From Bacillus subtilis subsp. subtilis str. 168 (lineage in GTDB: Bacteria; Bacillota; Bacilli; Bacillales; Bacillaceae): DNA of 32,000 bases. Shown piece after piece: positions 1-7,963 of this stretch. The position numbers and the translations under genes were made by a program. The notes below the pieces were generated by a model. That model was not told the origin of the DNA. It was given only the letters and a program-made list of their open reading frames with translations, and made no database searches. The stretch spans positions 3,990,001-4,022,000 of the forward strand of contig NC_000964.3 of the NCBI RefSeq assembly GCF_000009045.1. Reading direction: 5' to 3'. Numbering within the stretch: position 1 is the first letter of the stretch; each line of letters starts with the position of its first letter.

Positions 1-967
1 CAGCACACATTTCCTCAAGGCCGCGTTTCGCTTCCCAGCCTAGTTCTCGCTTGGCTTTCGCAGGATCTGCAAAGCATGTGGCGATGTCTCCCGGACGGCG
101 GTCCGCAAAACGGTATGGAACCTCTTTCCCTGACACTTTTTCAAAGGCTTTGACCATTTCCAGCACGCTGTAGCCTGTGCCTGTTCCAAGGTTGTATGCA
201 TCGGCTCCTGTAGAGTTCAATACTTTTTCCAGCGCCTTGACGTGGCCTTCTGCGAGATCAACGACGTGAATATAATCGCGTACGCCTGTCCCGTCTTTTG
301 TCGGATAGTCATTTCCGAATACGCTTAATTGCTCGAGCTTCCCGACTGCTACCTGTGCCACATACGGCATAAGGTTATTTGGGATTCCGTTCGGGTCTTC
401 ACCGATCCGTCCGCTTGGATGCGCGCCGAACGGGTTAAAGTAACGAAGCAGCGCAACGCTCCACTCATTGTCGGCTGTATGCAAATCACGCAATATTTGT
501 TCAAGCATGAGCTTCGTCTGCCCATAAGGATTTGTCGCGCCTAATGGAAAGTCTTCCGTAATCGGCGATGTTTCCGGAACGCCGTATACTGTCGCAGATG
601 AACTGAATACGATTTTCTTGACGCCGTATTTCTCCATGGCCTCGCATAAAATAAACGTTCCTGTCAAATTGTTATGATAATATTTGAGGGGAATCGCCAC
701 AGATTCGCCGACTGCTTTTAACCCTGCAAAATGAATCACAGCTTCGATTTCATTTTCAGCAAAAACGGAATCTACCGCTTCCCGGTCCAATAAATCCGCT
801 TCGTAGAACGTTAAATCTTTTCCTGTAATCTCCTTGACACGGTTCAGCGCTTCAGCTGAACTGTTGGACAGATTATCAAGAACAACAATCTCGTAGCCGC
901 TGTTCAATAGTTCAACACATGTGTGGCTGCCAATGTAACCGGCACCGCCAGTAACAAGTATTGCCAT
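1..967 (-). CDS. galE: UDP-glucose 4-epimerase; the 3' end runs off the window start, so it is absent from the ORF track
   Basis: The reverse complement from 967 reads ATG GCA ATA CTT GTT ACT GGC GGT GCC GGT TAC ATT GGC = [13 protein letters not shown], a Rossmann GxxGxxG N-terminus. The frame stays open to base 1. An AGGAGGG RBS lies 7 nt upstream (975-981). The + strand ORF 329..544 is its antisense shadow. Confidence 0.93.
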   Translation of the reverse strand, partial: MAILVTGGAGYIGSHTCVELLNSGYEIVVLDNLSNSSAEALNRVKEITGKDLTFYEADLLDREAVDSVFAENEIEAVIHFAGLKAVGESVAIPLKYYHNNLTGTFILCEAMEKYGVKKIVFSSSATVYGVPETSPITEDFPLGATNPYGQTKLMLEQILRDLHTADNEWSVALLRYFNPFGAHPSGRIGEDPNGIPNNLMPYVAQVAVGKLEQLSVFGNDYPTKDGTGVRDYIHVVDLAEGHVKALEKVLNSTGADAYNLGTGTGYSVLEMVKAFEKVSGKEVPYRFADRRPGDIATCFADPAKAKRELGWEAKRGLEEMCA

Positions 968-1081
968 GATGTAAACCCTCCTAAAAAATGACCTGTTTTC
1001 ATTATATAGTGTTTAGAACCGGTCCACATCCATTTTTAAGAAGTTTAATCGTTTATTAATAGTTTTTTCATATTTTTTAGC

Positions 1082-1588
1082 TTAAACCCTTGCCAGCAAT
1101 TCGATAGAGGTTTCAGCAAGAATGTGCTCTTTCATTTCTTGATAGAGCTCATTCAAGTAAAAGCCCGGCTGAAGATTCAGCTCAGCATCTAAAGCATAGA
1201 CCGTCAATGTATACGCATGATCCTTGTCAGGCGGTGTCGGCCCGCAATACTGGTGAATCACCTTTGGATCGTTGCTTCCCGCAAGCGGTGAAGCAAAGCT
1301 GTTTTGCCCTTGTATCATCAAGTCCTGTCTTTCCTCACTCGCATGTTCAGGAAGCTCTCCGATGTAAGCCGGAATATTAGCCGCTGTCCAGTGAATCCAG
1401 CTGAATCCGCATACGGGAATGGCGTCATGATCGATGAAAGTAAGTGCGAGCGTCTTTGCTCCGGACGGGATGTCATCAAAATGAATTGGAAAGGATACAA
1501 ATGGGTTTCCTTCTCTCTTATATTTTTCATCCGCGTATTTTGAATACTTGTCATGTAAATATGGATTTGCTTCTACGTATATGTTCAT
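1082..1588 (-). CDS. yxkA: PEBP (YbhB/YbcL, Raf-kinase-inhibitor-like) family protein
   Basis: 168-aa ORF. AGAGGG RBS 6 nt upstream of the ATG at 1588. PEBP-type core (..FIDHDA.., ..HQYCGPTPP.., ..HAYTLTVYALD..). Divergent from the LysR gene yxjO. Confidence 0.85.
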   Translation of the reverse strand: MNIYVEANPYLHDKYSKYADEKYKREGNPFVSFPIHFDDIPSGAKTLALTFIDHDAIPVCGFSWIHWTAANIPAYIGELPEHASEERQDLMIQGQNSFASPLAGSNDPKVIHQYCGPTPPDKDHAYTLTVYALDAELNLQPGFYLNELYQEMKEHILAETSIELLARV

Positions 1589-1675
1589 ATGAATCCCTCT
1601 CTCTATTTTCTCGTTCTATAGGTATACTAAACGAATCGATGTATAATCAGTGATAAACAAATACGCATGTAAACG

Positions 1676-1688
1676 TAACAATTTGTTA
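1676..1688. promoter_or_regulatory. LysR-type T-N11-A box (TAACAA-T-TTGTTA) in the yxkA/yxjO divergent intergenic region
   Basis: Perfect 13-bp dyad TAACAATTTGTTA read directly. It ends 30 nt upstream of the yxjO ATG. LysR regulators classically bind T-N11-A dyads in the region shared with a divergent target gene. Confidence 0.5.
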
Positions 1689-1717
1689 TGGATAACTTGC
1701 AGTGAAGGAGATATTTC

Positions 1718-2593
1718 ATGGATTTAAAATGGCTGCAAACCTTTATTGCCGCAGCGGAATCAGAGAGCTTCAGGGAGGCGGCTGAGCATCTGTATCTCAC
1801 ACAGCCTGCCGTTTCTCAGCATATGAGGAAATTGGAAGATGAACTGGACATGAGGTTGTTTTTGCATAGCGGAAGACGAGTCGTACTGACTGACGAAGGC
1901 AGGCTCTTTTTGCCTTATGCCAAAGAAATGATCCATGTTTACCAAGCTGGAAAGCAGAAAGTCAGTCAATGGAAACAGGGGTACAGCCGATCACTCACGC
2001 TGGCCGTACACCCCTACATTGCGTCCTATATCTTGCCTCGCTTTCTGCCAGCCTATATCCAAAAACATCCGCATGTCGAGCTTTCAACTCATGTGGCTGG
2101 ATCTGACGCTATTAAACAAGCGGTGGAACACAATGAAGCTGATATTGGTTTGTCGCGGAAAGACCCGAACACCAACACTCTTTATTATCAGCATATATGC
2201 GAAGGTACGCTTTGTCTGGCGGCTCCTTTCCAAGAAAGCAGACCGGATGCTGCATCCGTCTTAACCCGCTATCGGCTGCTAACGCATGATCATCCGTCAT
2301 ATGGGGATGCCTTTTTAGATAACATCCGATCACATTACCCGTATCTTCAAATGATGGCTGTCGGGCAGACGGATACGGCTGTCCACATGATGAAAGCGGG
2401 AATGGGGGCATCTTTCCTCCCTACCTACATTATCAAACAGGAAGAAGCCGAAAAAAAGCTGATGGCTGTCAGCACGCCTGCACATCTAGAATTGCCTGCG
2501 TCCCAAACGTTTATGATGTGGAAAAGAAACAGCGAAGACATTCAGCATTTTCACGCCATGTTACATGACTTTATGCAGCGCGAACAAGTATAG
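1718..2593 (+). CDS. yxjO: LysR-family transcriptional regulator
   Basis: 291-aa ORF. N-terminal wHTH (LKWLQTFIAAAESESFREAAEHLYLTQPAVSQHMRKLE) followed by a LysR substrate-binding-type C-terminal domain. GAAGGAG RBS upstream. Confidence 0.9.
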   Translation: MDLKWLQTFIAAAESESFREAAEHLYLTQPAVSQHMRKLEDELDMRLFLHSGRRVVLTDEGRLFLPYAKEMIHVYQAGKQKVSQWKQGYSRSLTLAVHPYIASYILPRFLPAYIQKHPHVELSTHVAGSDAIKQAVEHNEADIGLSRKDPNTNTLYYQHICEGTLCLAAPFQESRPDAASVLTRYRLLTHDHPSYGDAFLDNIRSHYPYLQMMAVGQTDTAVHMMKAGMGASFLPTYIIKQEEAEKKLMAVSTPAHLELPASQTFMMWKRNSEDIQHFHAMLHDFMQREQV

Positions 2594-2670
2594 AGCTGAA
2601 AAATCAATCTGCCGGTTGACGTTTTTCTTTCCTATTTTCGCTATGCTTAATGCAGAAAGGATTTGATGAC

Positions 2671-3144
2671 ATGGCGATGAGCCCTTATATTTTTATTGTA
2701 TTGATTCTTATTATTTTATCGATGTATCGAGAAAGAACGGTAAAGCCCGGGAAGTTGCTGATCATTCCACTGTTGCTCTTATGGGGCGTATCTGCATCGT
2801 TTCAGCCGGCGTATTTTCATTCCGTATTACATGTGGCGATCAGCGGCATTTTATTACTGATCGGGCTGGCCTGCGGGTTTGGCATTGGGAAGATGGTAAA
2901 TGTACGGATTCACCCGGAAACCGGAAAGGTCACTTCACGCGGCTCACTTGGGAGTGTTATCCTCATTCTAGTGATACTTTCTTTGCGCATGGCCGCGAGA
3001 ACATGGCTGCCTGAGAGCAACGAGATGTTTATTGCCATTATTCATTCTATGTTCTTCGTTCCCCTCGGCACCATCACAGCCCGCAACATCATGCTTTACA
3101 AAGCATACAGACGACTGACCGCTGGCAAAGTATCCATTCAATAA
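2671..3144 (+). CDS. yxjN: Small polytopic membrane protein (CcdC/DUF1453-like), first gene of the yxjN-yxjM-yxjL cluster
   Basis: The ORF opens at 2650. The ATG at 2671 sits 9 nt after AAAGGA and begins the hydrophobic MAMSPYIFIVLILIIL. About 4 predicted TM helices. The exact start (2650, 2671 or 2677) is uncertain. Confidence 0.7.
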   Translation: MAMSPYIFIVLILIILSMYRERTVKPGKLLIIPLLLLWGVSASFQPAYFHSVLHVAISGILLLIGLACGFGIGKMVNVRIHPETGKVTSRGSLGSVILILVILSLRMAARTWLPESNEMFIAIIHSMFFVPLGTITARNIMLYKAYRRLTAGKVSIQ

Positions 3145-3161
3145 CCGAAAGAAGGACCAGC

Positions 3162-4382
3162 ATGAACGGACAAACTCCGGCTCGGCACTACTACAAGAAG
3201 CTTGTGCCGAGCCTTATTCTCATTTTGAATTGCATACAATTTTTATCTCATCCAACTAAGGCTGATCCCATTTTGTTAGCATTTGTATTTGCGGTATACT
3301 TAGCATTCATTTGGATCATTCCCTATGTGGCATCCACTGCTGTTAGTTTGAGCATATTCATCGGACTCTGGCTCCTGACCGATTTCTTTTGGGCTGTTTC
3401 CGGCCAAGAGCAGGGTGCCGCCTATTTTTTGATTGTATTTTTAATGATATATGCCGCCTTTAGACTCCCTTCACGGCTATCCTTGATCTTCACAGCATGT
3501 TTAATTGGAGGCAACATATTACTCCTATCCTCACAAGGGGGAAGCTTGAATACCATCATCAGCAACATCTCGATCATGCTCGGTCTGTACGTCCTCTTCT
3601 CCTCCATGCGTTTCAGACGAGAAGCGAGAAGGGAGGCTGAACGGAATCATGCTGAATTGGCAAAAATGCATGTGCAGCTGGAGCATGCTCATAAAGAACT
3701 CCAGAAAGCGCATGCAGAGCTGCAGGAGGCTTCTGTTCTTTCATTAAGGTACGCGGTCCTTGAGGAACGTACAAGAATTGCCCGCGACATTCATGACAGC
3801 ATCGGTCACGAGCTGACTTCTGTGATTGTTCAGCTTCAATCCCTTCCCTATATCCTTAAAAGCAGCAAGGAGGATTCAGAAAAAGTCATTCAAAATGTAC
3901 TGAGTGTCGCCAGGGAGTGTCTTCAAGAAGTGCGGTCTGTTGTTCACCAAATGGGCCGTAGTGAATCGATGGTGGGGCTTACCGCTTTGCGGGGGCTCAT
4001 TCATCAAGTGGAGGAACGGAGCGGCTTGCACGTTTCTTTAGATACTGCCGGACTGTCAGAAGAGTCTTGGCCTCCAAACGTGAGCGAAACGATCTACCGC
4101 ATCTTGCAGGAAGCGCTGACCAATATCATTCGTCACGCTGACGCTTCTCATGCGGCGGCCGTCATTTCTAATGACAAGTCCCATCTCTATGTCACAATCA
4201 CCGACGACGGACAATTCACCGGCAGCCTTACTTATGGATTTGGCCTGACAGGAATGAAAGAGCGCGCAGAAAAAGCAGGCGGTTCCCTTACTTTCAGTGC
4301 CGTACAGCCGAGCGGCCTGAAAATTGAGCTGTCATTGCCGCTCATGACAACGAATAAGGAGCAAAAAGATGAACAAAGATAA
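3162..4382 (+). CDS. yxjM: Sensor histidine kinase, HisKA_3 (NarL-partner) class. The N-terminal half is entirely membrane-embedded with very short loops.
   Basis: 406 aa. About 5 TM helices in residues 15-160, then a coiled-coil linker, an H-box ARDIHDSIGHELTS and an HATPase_c G-box (GFGLTGMKERAEKAGG). GAAGGA RBS upstream. Confidence 0.92.
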   Translation: MNGQTPARHYYKKLVPSLILILNCIQFLSHPTKADPILLAFVFAVYLAFIWIIPYVASTAVSLSIFIGLWLLTDFFWAVSGQEQGAAYFLIVFLMIYAAFRLPSRLSLIFTACLIGGNILLLSSQGGSLNTIISNISIMLGLYVLFSSMRFRREARREAERNHAELAKMHVQLEHAHKELQKAHAELQEASVLSLRYAVLEERTRIARDIHDSIGHELTSVIVQLQSLPYILKSSKEDSEKVIQNVLSVARECLQEVRSVVHQMGRSESMVGLTALRGLIHQVEERSGLHVSLDTAGLSEESWPPNVSETIYRILQEALTNIIRHADASHAAAVISNDKSHLYVTITDDGQFTGSLTYGFGLTGMKERAEKAGGSLTFSAVQPSGLKIELSLPLMTTNKEQKDEQR

Positions 4383-5025
4383 AATACGCGTAGCGCTTGC
4401 CGATGATCAGCCGCTTGTGCGTGAAGGCTTCCGCTACGTCATCAACGCACAGACGGATATGACGGTTTCTGGCGAGGCCGGCGACGGTCACGATATTATA
4501 GCACTCGCAAAACAAACAAAACCCGATGTCATCCTCATGGATGTCCAGATGCCGCGTTGCTCAGGCATCGAAGCGGCGAAAGACATTATGTCCGCACTTC
4601 CAAATACAAAGATAGTCATTTTAACCACCTTTGACACGGAAGAATACGTATTTGAAGGCATCCGTGCGGGCGCAGTCGGCTATCTGCTGAAGGATACACT
4701 TCCTGAGGAGTTGATAGATGCGATTCGCGCTGCGGCCAGAGGCGAGGCGATTTTCCGTACAGTCACAGCTGCTAAAATCATCAGTGAGACATTTCGGGCG
4801 AAACAGCAAACTCATGCCGAAGAACTGGCAGAGCCGTTCACCAAAAGAGAGCTTGAGGTTCTTCAGCAAATGGCCTACGGACTGAGAAATGAGGATATTG
4901 CTGAAAAGCTTTTCGTCAGTGAAAGCACTGTGAAAACCCACGTGCACCGCATCCTGCAAAAATGCAATGCCCAAGACCGGACACAGGCAGTCGTTTTTGC
5001 CATTCGAAACGGTATTGTGCAATAG
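4369..5025 (+). CDS. yxjL: Response regulator, NarL/LuxR family (REC plus LuxR HTH)
   Basis: 218 aa. Phospho-acceptor context VILMDVQMP. C-terminal LuxR HTH (TKRELEVLQQMAYGLRNEDIAEKLFVSESTVKTHVHRIL). Its start overlaps the yxjM stop by 14 nt (AAGGAG RBS inside yxjM), which suggests translational coupling. Confidence 0.93.
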   Translation: MNKDKIRVALADDQPLVREGFRYVINAQTDMTVSGEAGDGHDIIALAKQTKPDVILMDVQMPRCSGIEAAKDIMSALPNTKIVILTTFDTEEYVFEGIRAGAVGYLLKDTLPEELIDAIRAAARGEAIFRTVTAAKIISETFRAKQQTHAEELAEPFTKRELEVLQQMAYGLRNEDIAEKLFVSESTVKTHVHRILQKCNAQDRTQAVVFAIRNGIVQ

Positions 5026-5043
5026 AAATCTCTCATCCCGCCA

Positions 5044-5052
5044 TGCTAAAAT
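5044..5052 (+). promoter_or_regulatory. Possible extended -10 promoter element (TGcTAAAAT) for pepT
   Basis: TG-n-TAAAAT read directly in the 43-nt gap between yxjL and pepT. There is no convincing -35, and pepT could instead be read through from yxjL. Confidence 0.3.
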
Positions 5053-5074
5053 AAGACAAAGGAGATGATTGGAA

Positions 5075-6307
5075 ATGAAAGAAGAAATCATTGAACGGTT
5101 TACTACATATGTAAAAGTCGATACACAGTCCGATGAATCCGTTGACACTTGTCCTTCCACACCCGGCCAATTGACATTAGGAAACATGCTAGTTGATGAA
5201 TTGAAGTCCATCGGCATGCAGGATGCAGCCATTGATGAAAACGGCTATGTCATGGCAACTCTTCCCTCCAATACTGAAAAAGACGTGCCGACAATCGGCT
5301 TTCTCGCTCACGTCGACACCGCTACAGACTTTACCGGCAAAAATGTGAATCCGCAAATCATCGAAAGCTATGATGGAAAAGACATCGTTCTTAACGAACA
5401 GCTGCAGGTCACCCTGTCACCTGATCAATTCCCTGAGCTGTCCGGCTATAAGGGCCATACACTCATCACCACAGACGGCACCACCCTTCTCGGCGCAGAC
5501 AATAAGGCCGGTATCGCTGAAATCATGACAGCCATGGATTACCTCATCAAACACCCTGAAATCAAGCACGGCACAATCAGAGTCGCCTTTACGCCTGATG
5601 AAGAAATCGGAAGAGGGCCGCACAAATTTGATGTGAAACGGTTCAATGCATCCTTTGCCTACACGGTTGACGGCGGGCCGCTCGGCGAGCTTGAATATGA
5701 AAGCTTCAATGCCGCTGCCGCAAAAATTACGATTAAAGGCAACAACGTACATCCCGGAACAGCTAAAGGAAAAATGATCAACTCTGCGAAAATCGCGATG
5801 AAGCTGAACAGCCTGCTGCCGGCAGACGAAGCGCCTGAATATACGGAAGGTTATGAAGGCTTCTACCACCTGCTGTCGATTCAAGGAGACGTAGAGGAAA
5901 CAAAGCTCCACTACATTATCAGAGACTTTGACAAAGAGAATTTCCAAAACAGAAAAGAAACAATGAAGCGTGCCGTTGAAGAACTTCAAAACGAATACGG
6001 GCAAGACCGGATTCTGCTGGATATGAACGACCAATACTACAACATGAGAGAGAAAATTGAACCTGTCATCGAAATCGTCAACATTGCCAAGCAAGCGATG
6101 GAAAACCTCGGCATCGAACCGAAGATTTCCCCCATCCGCGGCGGAACCGACGGATCACAGCTGTCCTACATGGGGCTTCCGACGCCAAACATCTTTACAG
6201 GCGGGGAAAACTTCCACGGCAAATTTGAATACATCTCAGTTGACAACATGGTCAAAGCCGTAAATGTCATCGTTGAGATTGCAAAGCAGTTTGAAGCGCA
6301 AGCATAA
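5075..6307 (+). CDS. pepT: Peptidase T (tripeptide aminopeptidase, M20B)
   Basis: The ORF opens at TTG 5069. ATG 5075 gives [21 protein letters not shown] (410 aa). M20 metal-binding motifs are present (LAHVDT, GADNKAG, PDEEIG). AAGGAG RBS upstream. Confidence 0.93.
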   Translation: MKEEIIERFTTYVKVDTQSDESVDTCPSTPGQLTLGNMLVDELKSIGMQDAAIDENGYVMATLPSNTEKDVPTIGFLAHVDTATDFTGKNVNPQIIESYDGKDIVLNEQLQVTLSPDQFPELSGYKGHTLITTDGTTLLGADNKAGIAEIMTAMDYLIKHPEIKHGTIRVAFTPDEEIGRGPHKFDVKRFNASFAYTVDGGPLGELEYESFNAAAAKITIKGNNVHPGTAKGKMINSAKIAMKLNSLLPADEAPEYTEGYEGFYHLLSIQGDVEETKLHYIIRDFDKENFQNRKETMKRAVEELQNEYGQDRILLDMNDQYYNMREKIEPVIEIVNIAKQAMENLGIEPKISPIRGGTDGSQLSYMGLPTPNIFTGGENFHGKFEYISVDNMVKAVNVIVEIAKQFEAQA

Positions 6308-6313
6308 CGCCAA

Positions 6314-6344
6314 AAGCCAGTCCAAAAAAGGACTGGCTTTTTTG
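6314..6344 (+). terminator. Rho-independent terminator after pepT
   Basis: GCCAGTCC (6316-6323), loop AAAAAA, GGACTGGC (6330-6337), followed by TTTTTT. Confidence 0.85.
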
Positions 6345-6352
6345 TGTGAAAA

Positions 6353-6379
6353 TGAAACATTTTAAACACGTCCTCCGTA
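6353..6379 (+). promoter_or_regulatory. ECF-sigma (sigma-W/X/M-type) promoter-like element TGAAAC-N17-CGTAAA
   Basis: TGAAAC at 6353-6358 and CGTA at 6376-6379. The spacer is 17 nt, whereas the classical sigma-W spacing is 16. It lies about 33 nt upstream of the small ORF at 6412. Confidence 0.4.
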
Positions 6380-6411
6380 AAACAAGTATCAACAAATGAG
6401 GAGGAAAAACA

Positions 6412-6540
6412 ATGACAAAACATGCAATCGCTGCCAAGAGTCTCTTGAAAAAATGGATCATTTCCAGGCCGCTTAACATGAAAAAGAAATCCAGCCCATT
6501 TCAAAAAATCAGAAAAATGTTCAAACGCTTCTTCAAATAA
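6412..6540 (+). CDS. Unlisted small ORF encoding a 42-aa strongly basic peptide (MTKHAIAAKSLLKKWIISRPLNMKKKSSPFQKIRKMFKRFFK)
   Basis: Strong RBS GAGGAGG (6399-6405) 6 nt before ATG 6412, and TAA at 6538-6540. It is flanked by the pepT terminator and the ECF-like promoter upstream, and by its own terminator downstream. It falls below the 60-aa cut-off of the ORF track. Confidence 0.55.
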   Translation: MTKHAIAAKSLLKKWIISRPLNMKKKSSPFQKIRKMFKRFFK

Positions 6541-6582
6541 AACATCAAATCCCCTAAATACAATCCGTATTCACCCGTACCG

Positions 6583-6610
6583 CCCAAATGCTCCGTAATT
6601 TGGGTTTTTT
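6583..6610 (+). terminator. Rho-independent terminator after the 42-codon ORF
   Basis: CCCAAAT (6583-6589), 8-nt loop, ATTTGGG (6598-6604), then TTTTTT (6605-6610). Confidence 0.55.
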
Positions 6611-6921
6611 GTGTTCAATTCCGCAAAATAGGGTATAAACCAAACAAGCAAGAAAACAGCACCCAAAAACAGGTAATTCGAATTACGTAAACTTAGGTTA
6701 AAAGTTATATAAAGGAATTTATTTTATCGTCGATAGTAACTATAGAACCAATCATCAACAAGAGCAAACAGCGTAATTCAAGACTATTTTCAGGTCATCA
6801 GGTAATACTGTTTTAGAGGGACAGTTTCTTGTTATTTATTGATTTAGAATTTTTTGAATACTTTTTGGCATTTTATCCGTACAATAGAGAGTACCAAAAC
6901 TTTTTTTGGGAGGTATGTAAT

Positions 6922-7092
6922 ATGATCCTATTTATTATCATCGCATTATGCGGCTATCTTCTTTTTTCTTTCAGCAAGGACAATCGCCGCAAACCGCAAA
7001 AGACAAGCCCTCTGCCAGCAGCCGCACCTCATCACAACAACCTAATCGACCTTGACGCCATCCGCCAAAAACGCCGGATGCATCTTTCCTAA
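6922..7092 (+). CDS. yxjJ: Small single-pass membrane protein (56 aa from the best start)
   Basis: The ORF opens at 6829. ATG 6922 lies 8 nt after GGGAGG and begins the TM helix MILFIIIALCGYLLFSF, followed by a basic, Pro-rich tail. Confidence 0.6.
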   Translation: MILFIIIALCGYLLFSFSKDNRRKPQKTSPLPAAAPHHNNLIDLDAIRQKRRMHLS

Positions 7093-7107
7093 TTCTATAT
7101 TTCAAAC

Positions 7108-7137
7108 GAAAAGGCTGCTGAATCACGCAGCCTTTTA
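7108..7137 (+). terminator. Rho-independent terminator after yxjJ
   Basis: AAAGGCTGC (7110-7118), loop TGAATCAC, GCAGCCTTT (7127-7135), with a short T-run. Confidence 0.75.
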
Positions 7138-7158
7138 AAATTGTTTTGATTTAGAGCC

Positions 7159-7186
7159 TGAAACCTTTTCGCCACCTATCCGTAAT
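7159..7186 (+). promoter_or_regulatory. Sigma-W-type ECF promoter TGAAAC-N16-CGTAAT for yxjI
   Basis: TGAAAC at 7159-7164, an exact 16-nt spacer, and CGTAAT at 7181-7186, 35 nt upstream of the yxjI ATG. From memory, yxjI is listed in the B. subtilis sigma-W regulon. Confidence 0.75.
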
Positions 7187-7220
7187 TTCATACAAGGCAA
7201 ACCCAAAGGAGACTTCAGCA

Positions 7221-7709
7221 ATGATCGAGTTATTTATGAAACAAAAAATGTTCTCATTTAAAGATGCATTTCACATTTATGACCGGGATGAACAAGAAAC
7301 ATTCAAGGTGGAGGGGCGTTTTTTCTCGTTAGGAGACTCATTACAAATGACAGACTCATCTGGGAAAACGCTCGTTTCCATAGAACAAAAACTAATGTCT
7401 TTATTGCCGCGCTATGAGATTTCAATTGGCGGGAAAACAGTTTGTGAGGTAACGAAGAAAGTAACGTTTTCCAAACCGAAATTTGTGATTTCCGGGCTTA
7501 ACTGGGAAATAGATGGTGATTTATGGAGGGATGAATTCCAACTGACGGACGGGGAAAATGTCCGGATGTCAGTGAGCAAAAAGTGGCTCAGTTGGGGTGA
7601 TTCCTATCACTTGCAGATTGCATACGAGGAAGATGTTCTGATTTGCACTGCCATCGCTATCGTGCTTGATATGGTTTTATATAACGATGAAGATGAAAGT
7701 ATTTTCTAA
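7221..7709 (+). CDS. yxjI: LURP-one-related / Tubby C-terminal-like (DUF567, scramblase-like fold) protein
   Basis: 162-aa ORF. AAAGGAG RBS 8 nt upstream. N-terminus MKQKMFSFKDAFHIYD... is typical of the family. Confidence 0.85.
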   Translation: MIELFMKQKMFSFKDAFHIYDRDEQETFKVEGRFFSLGDSLQMTDSSGKTLVSIEQKLMSLLPRYEISIGGKTVCEVTKKVTFSKPKFVISGLNWEIDGDLWRDEFQLTDGENVRMSVSKKWLSWGDSYHLQIAYEEDVLICTAIAIVLDMVLYNDEDESIF

Positions 7710-7715
7710 AAAGCA

Positions 7716-7743
7716 TTGACAATTGATCCAAAAGTAATAATAT
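7716..7743 (+). promoter_or_regulatory. Sigma-A promoter for the yxjH S-box leader (TTGACA-N16-TAATAT)
   Basis: TTGACA at 7716-7721 and TAATAT at 7738-7743, read directly. It lies about 40 nt upstream of the riboswitch. Confidence 0.6.
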
Positions 7744-7785
7744 TAAGATAATTGAAATCTGAATATGAAGTTGTACCTTATCAAG

Positions 7786-7930
7786 AGAGGTGGAGGGACT
7801 GGCCCTATGATACCCGGCAACCGCTGTTTCAAACAGAATGGTGCTAAATCCTTAAGAACATTGCGTTCTTGCAGATGAGGCGGAGATTTGATCGTTCAAG
7901 CTCTTCCTTACACAAAGGAAGAGCTTTTTA
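7786..7930 (+). promoter_or_regulatory. SAM-I (S-box) riboswitch with intrinsic terminator, leader of yxjH
   Basis: Canonical S-box core CTTATCAAGAGAGGTGGAGGGACTGGCCCTATGATACCCGGCAACC...GGTGCTAAATCC. This is followed by the terminator CAAGCTCTTCCTT/AAGGAAGAGCTT plus a T-run (7898-7930). Confidence 0.92.
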
Positions 7931-7963
7931 CATGCTTAATATTTCAGAAAAGAGGCGAATAAC

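Noticed and set aside
329-544. 71-aa + strand ORF inside the first kilobase
   Set aside because: It lies entirely antisense to the clearly recognisable galE coding frame. It has no RBS and is a shadow ORF.
4621-6094. Long minus-strand ORFs 4621..5232 (203 aa) and 5417..6094 (225 aa)
   Set aside because: They are antisense to yxjL and pepT, whose products have unmistakable family motifs. The antisense translations are low-complexity, Cys/Phe/Arg-rich and lack RBSs.
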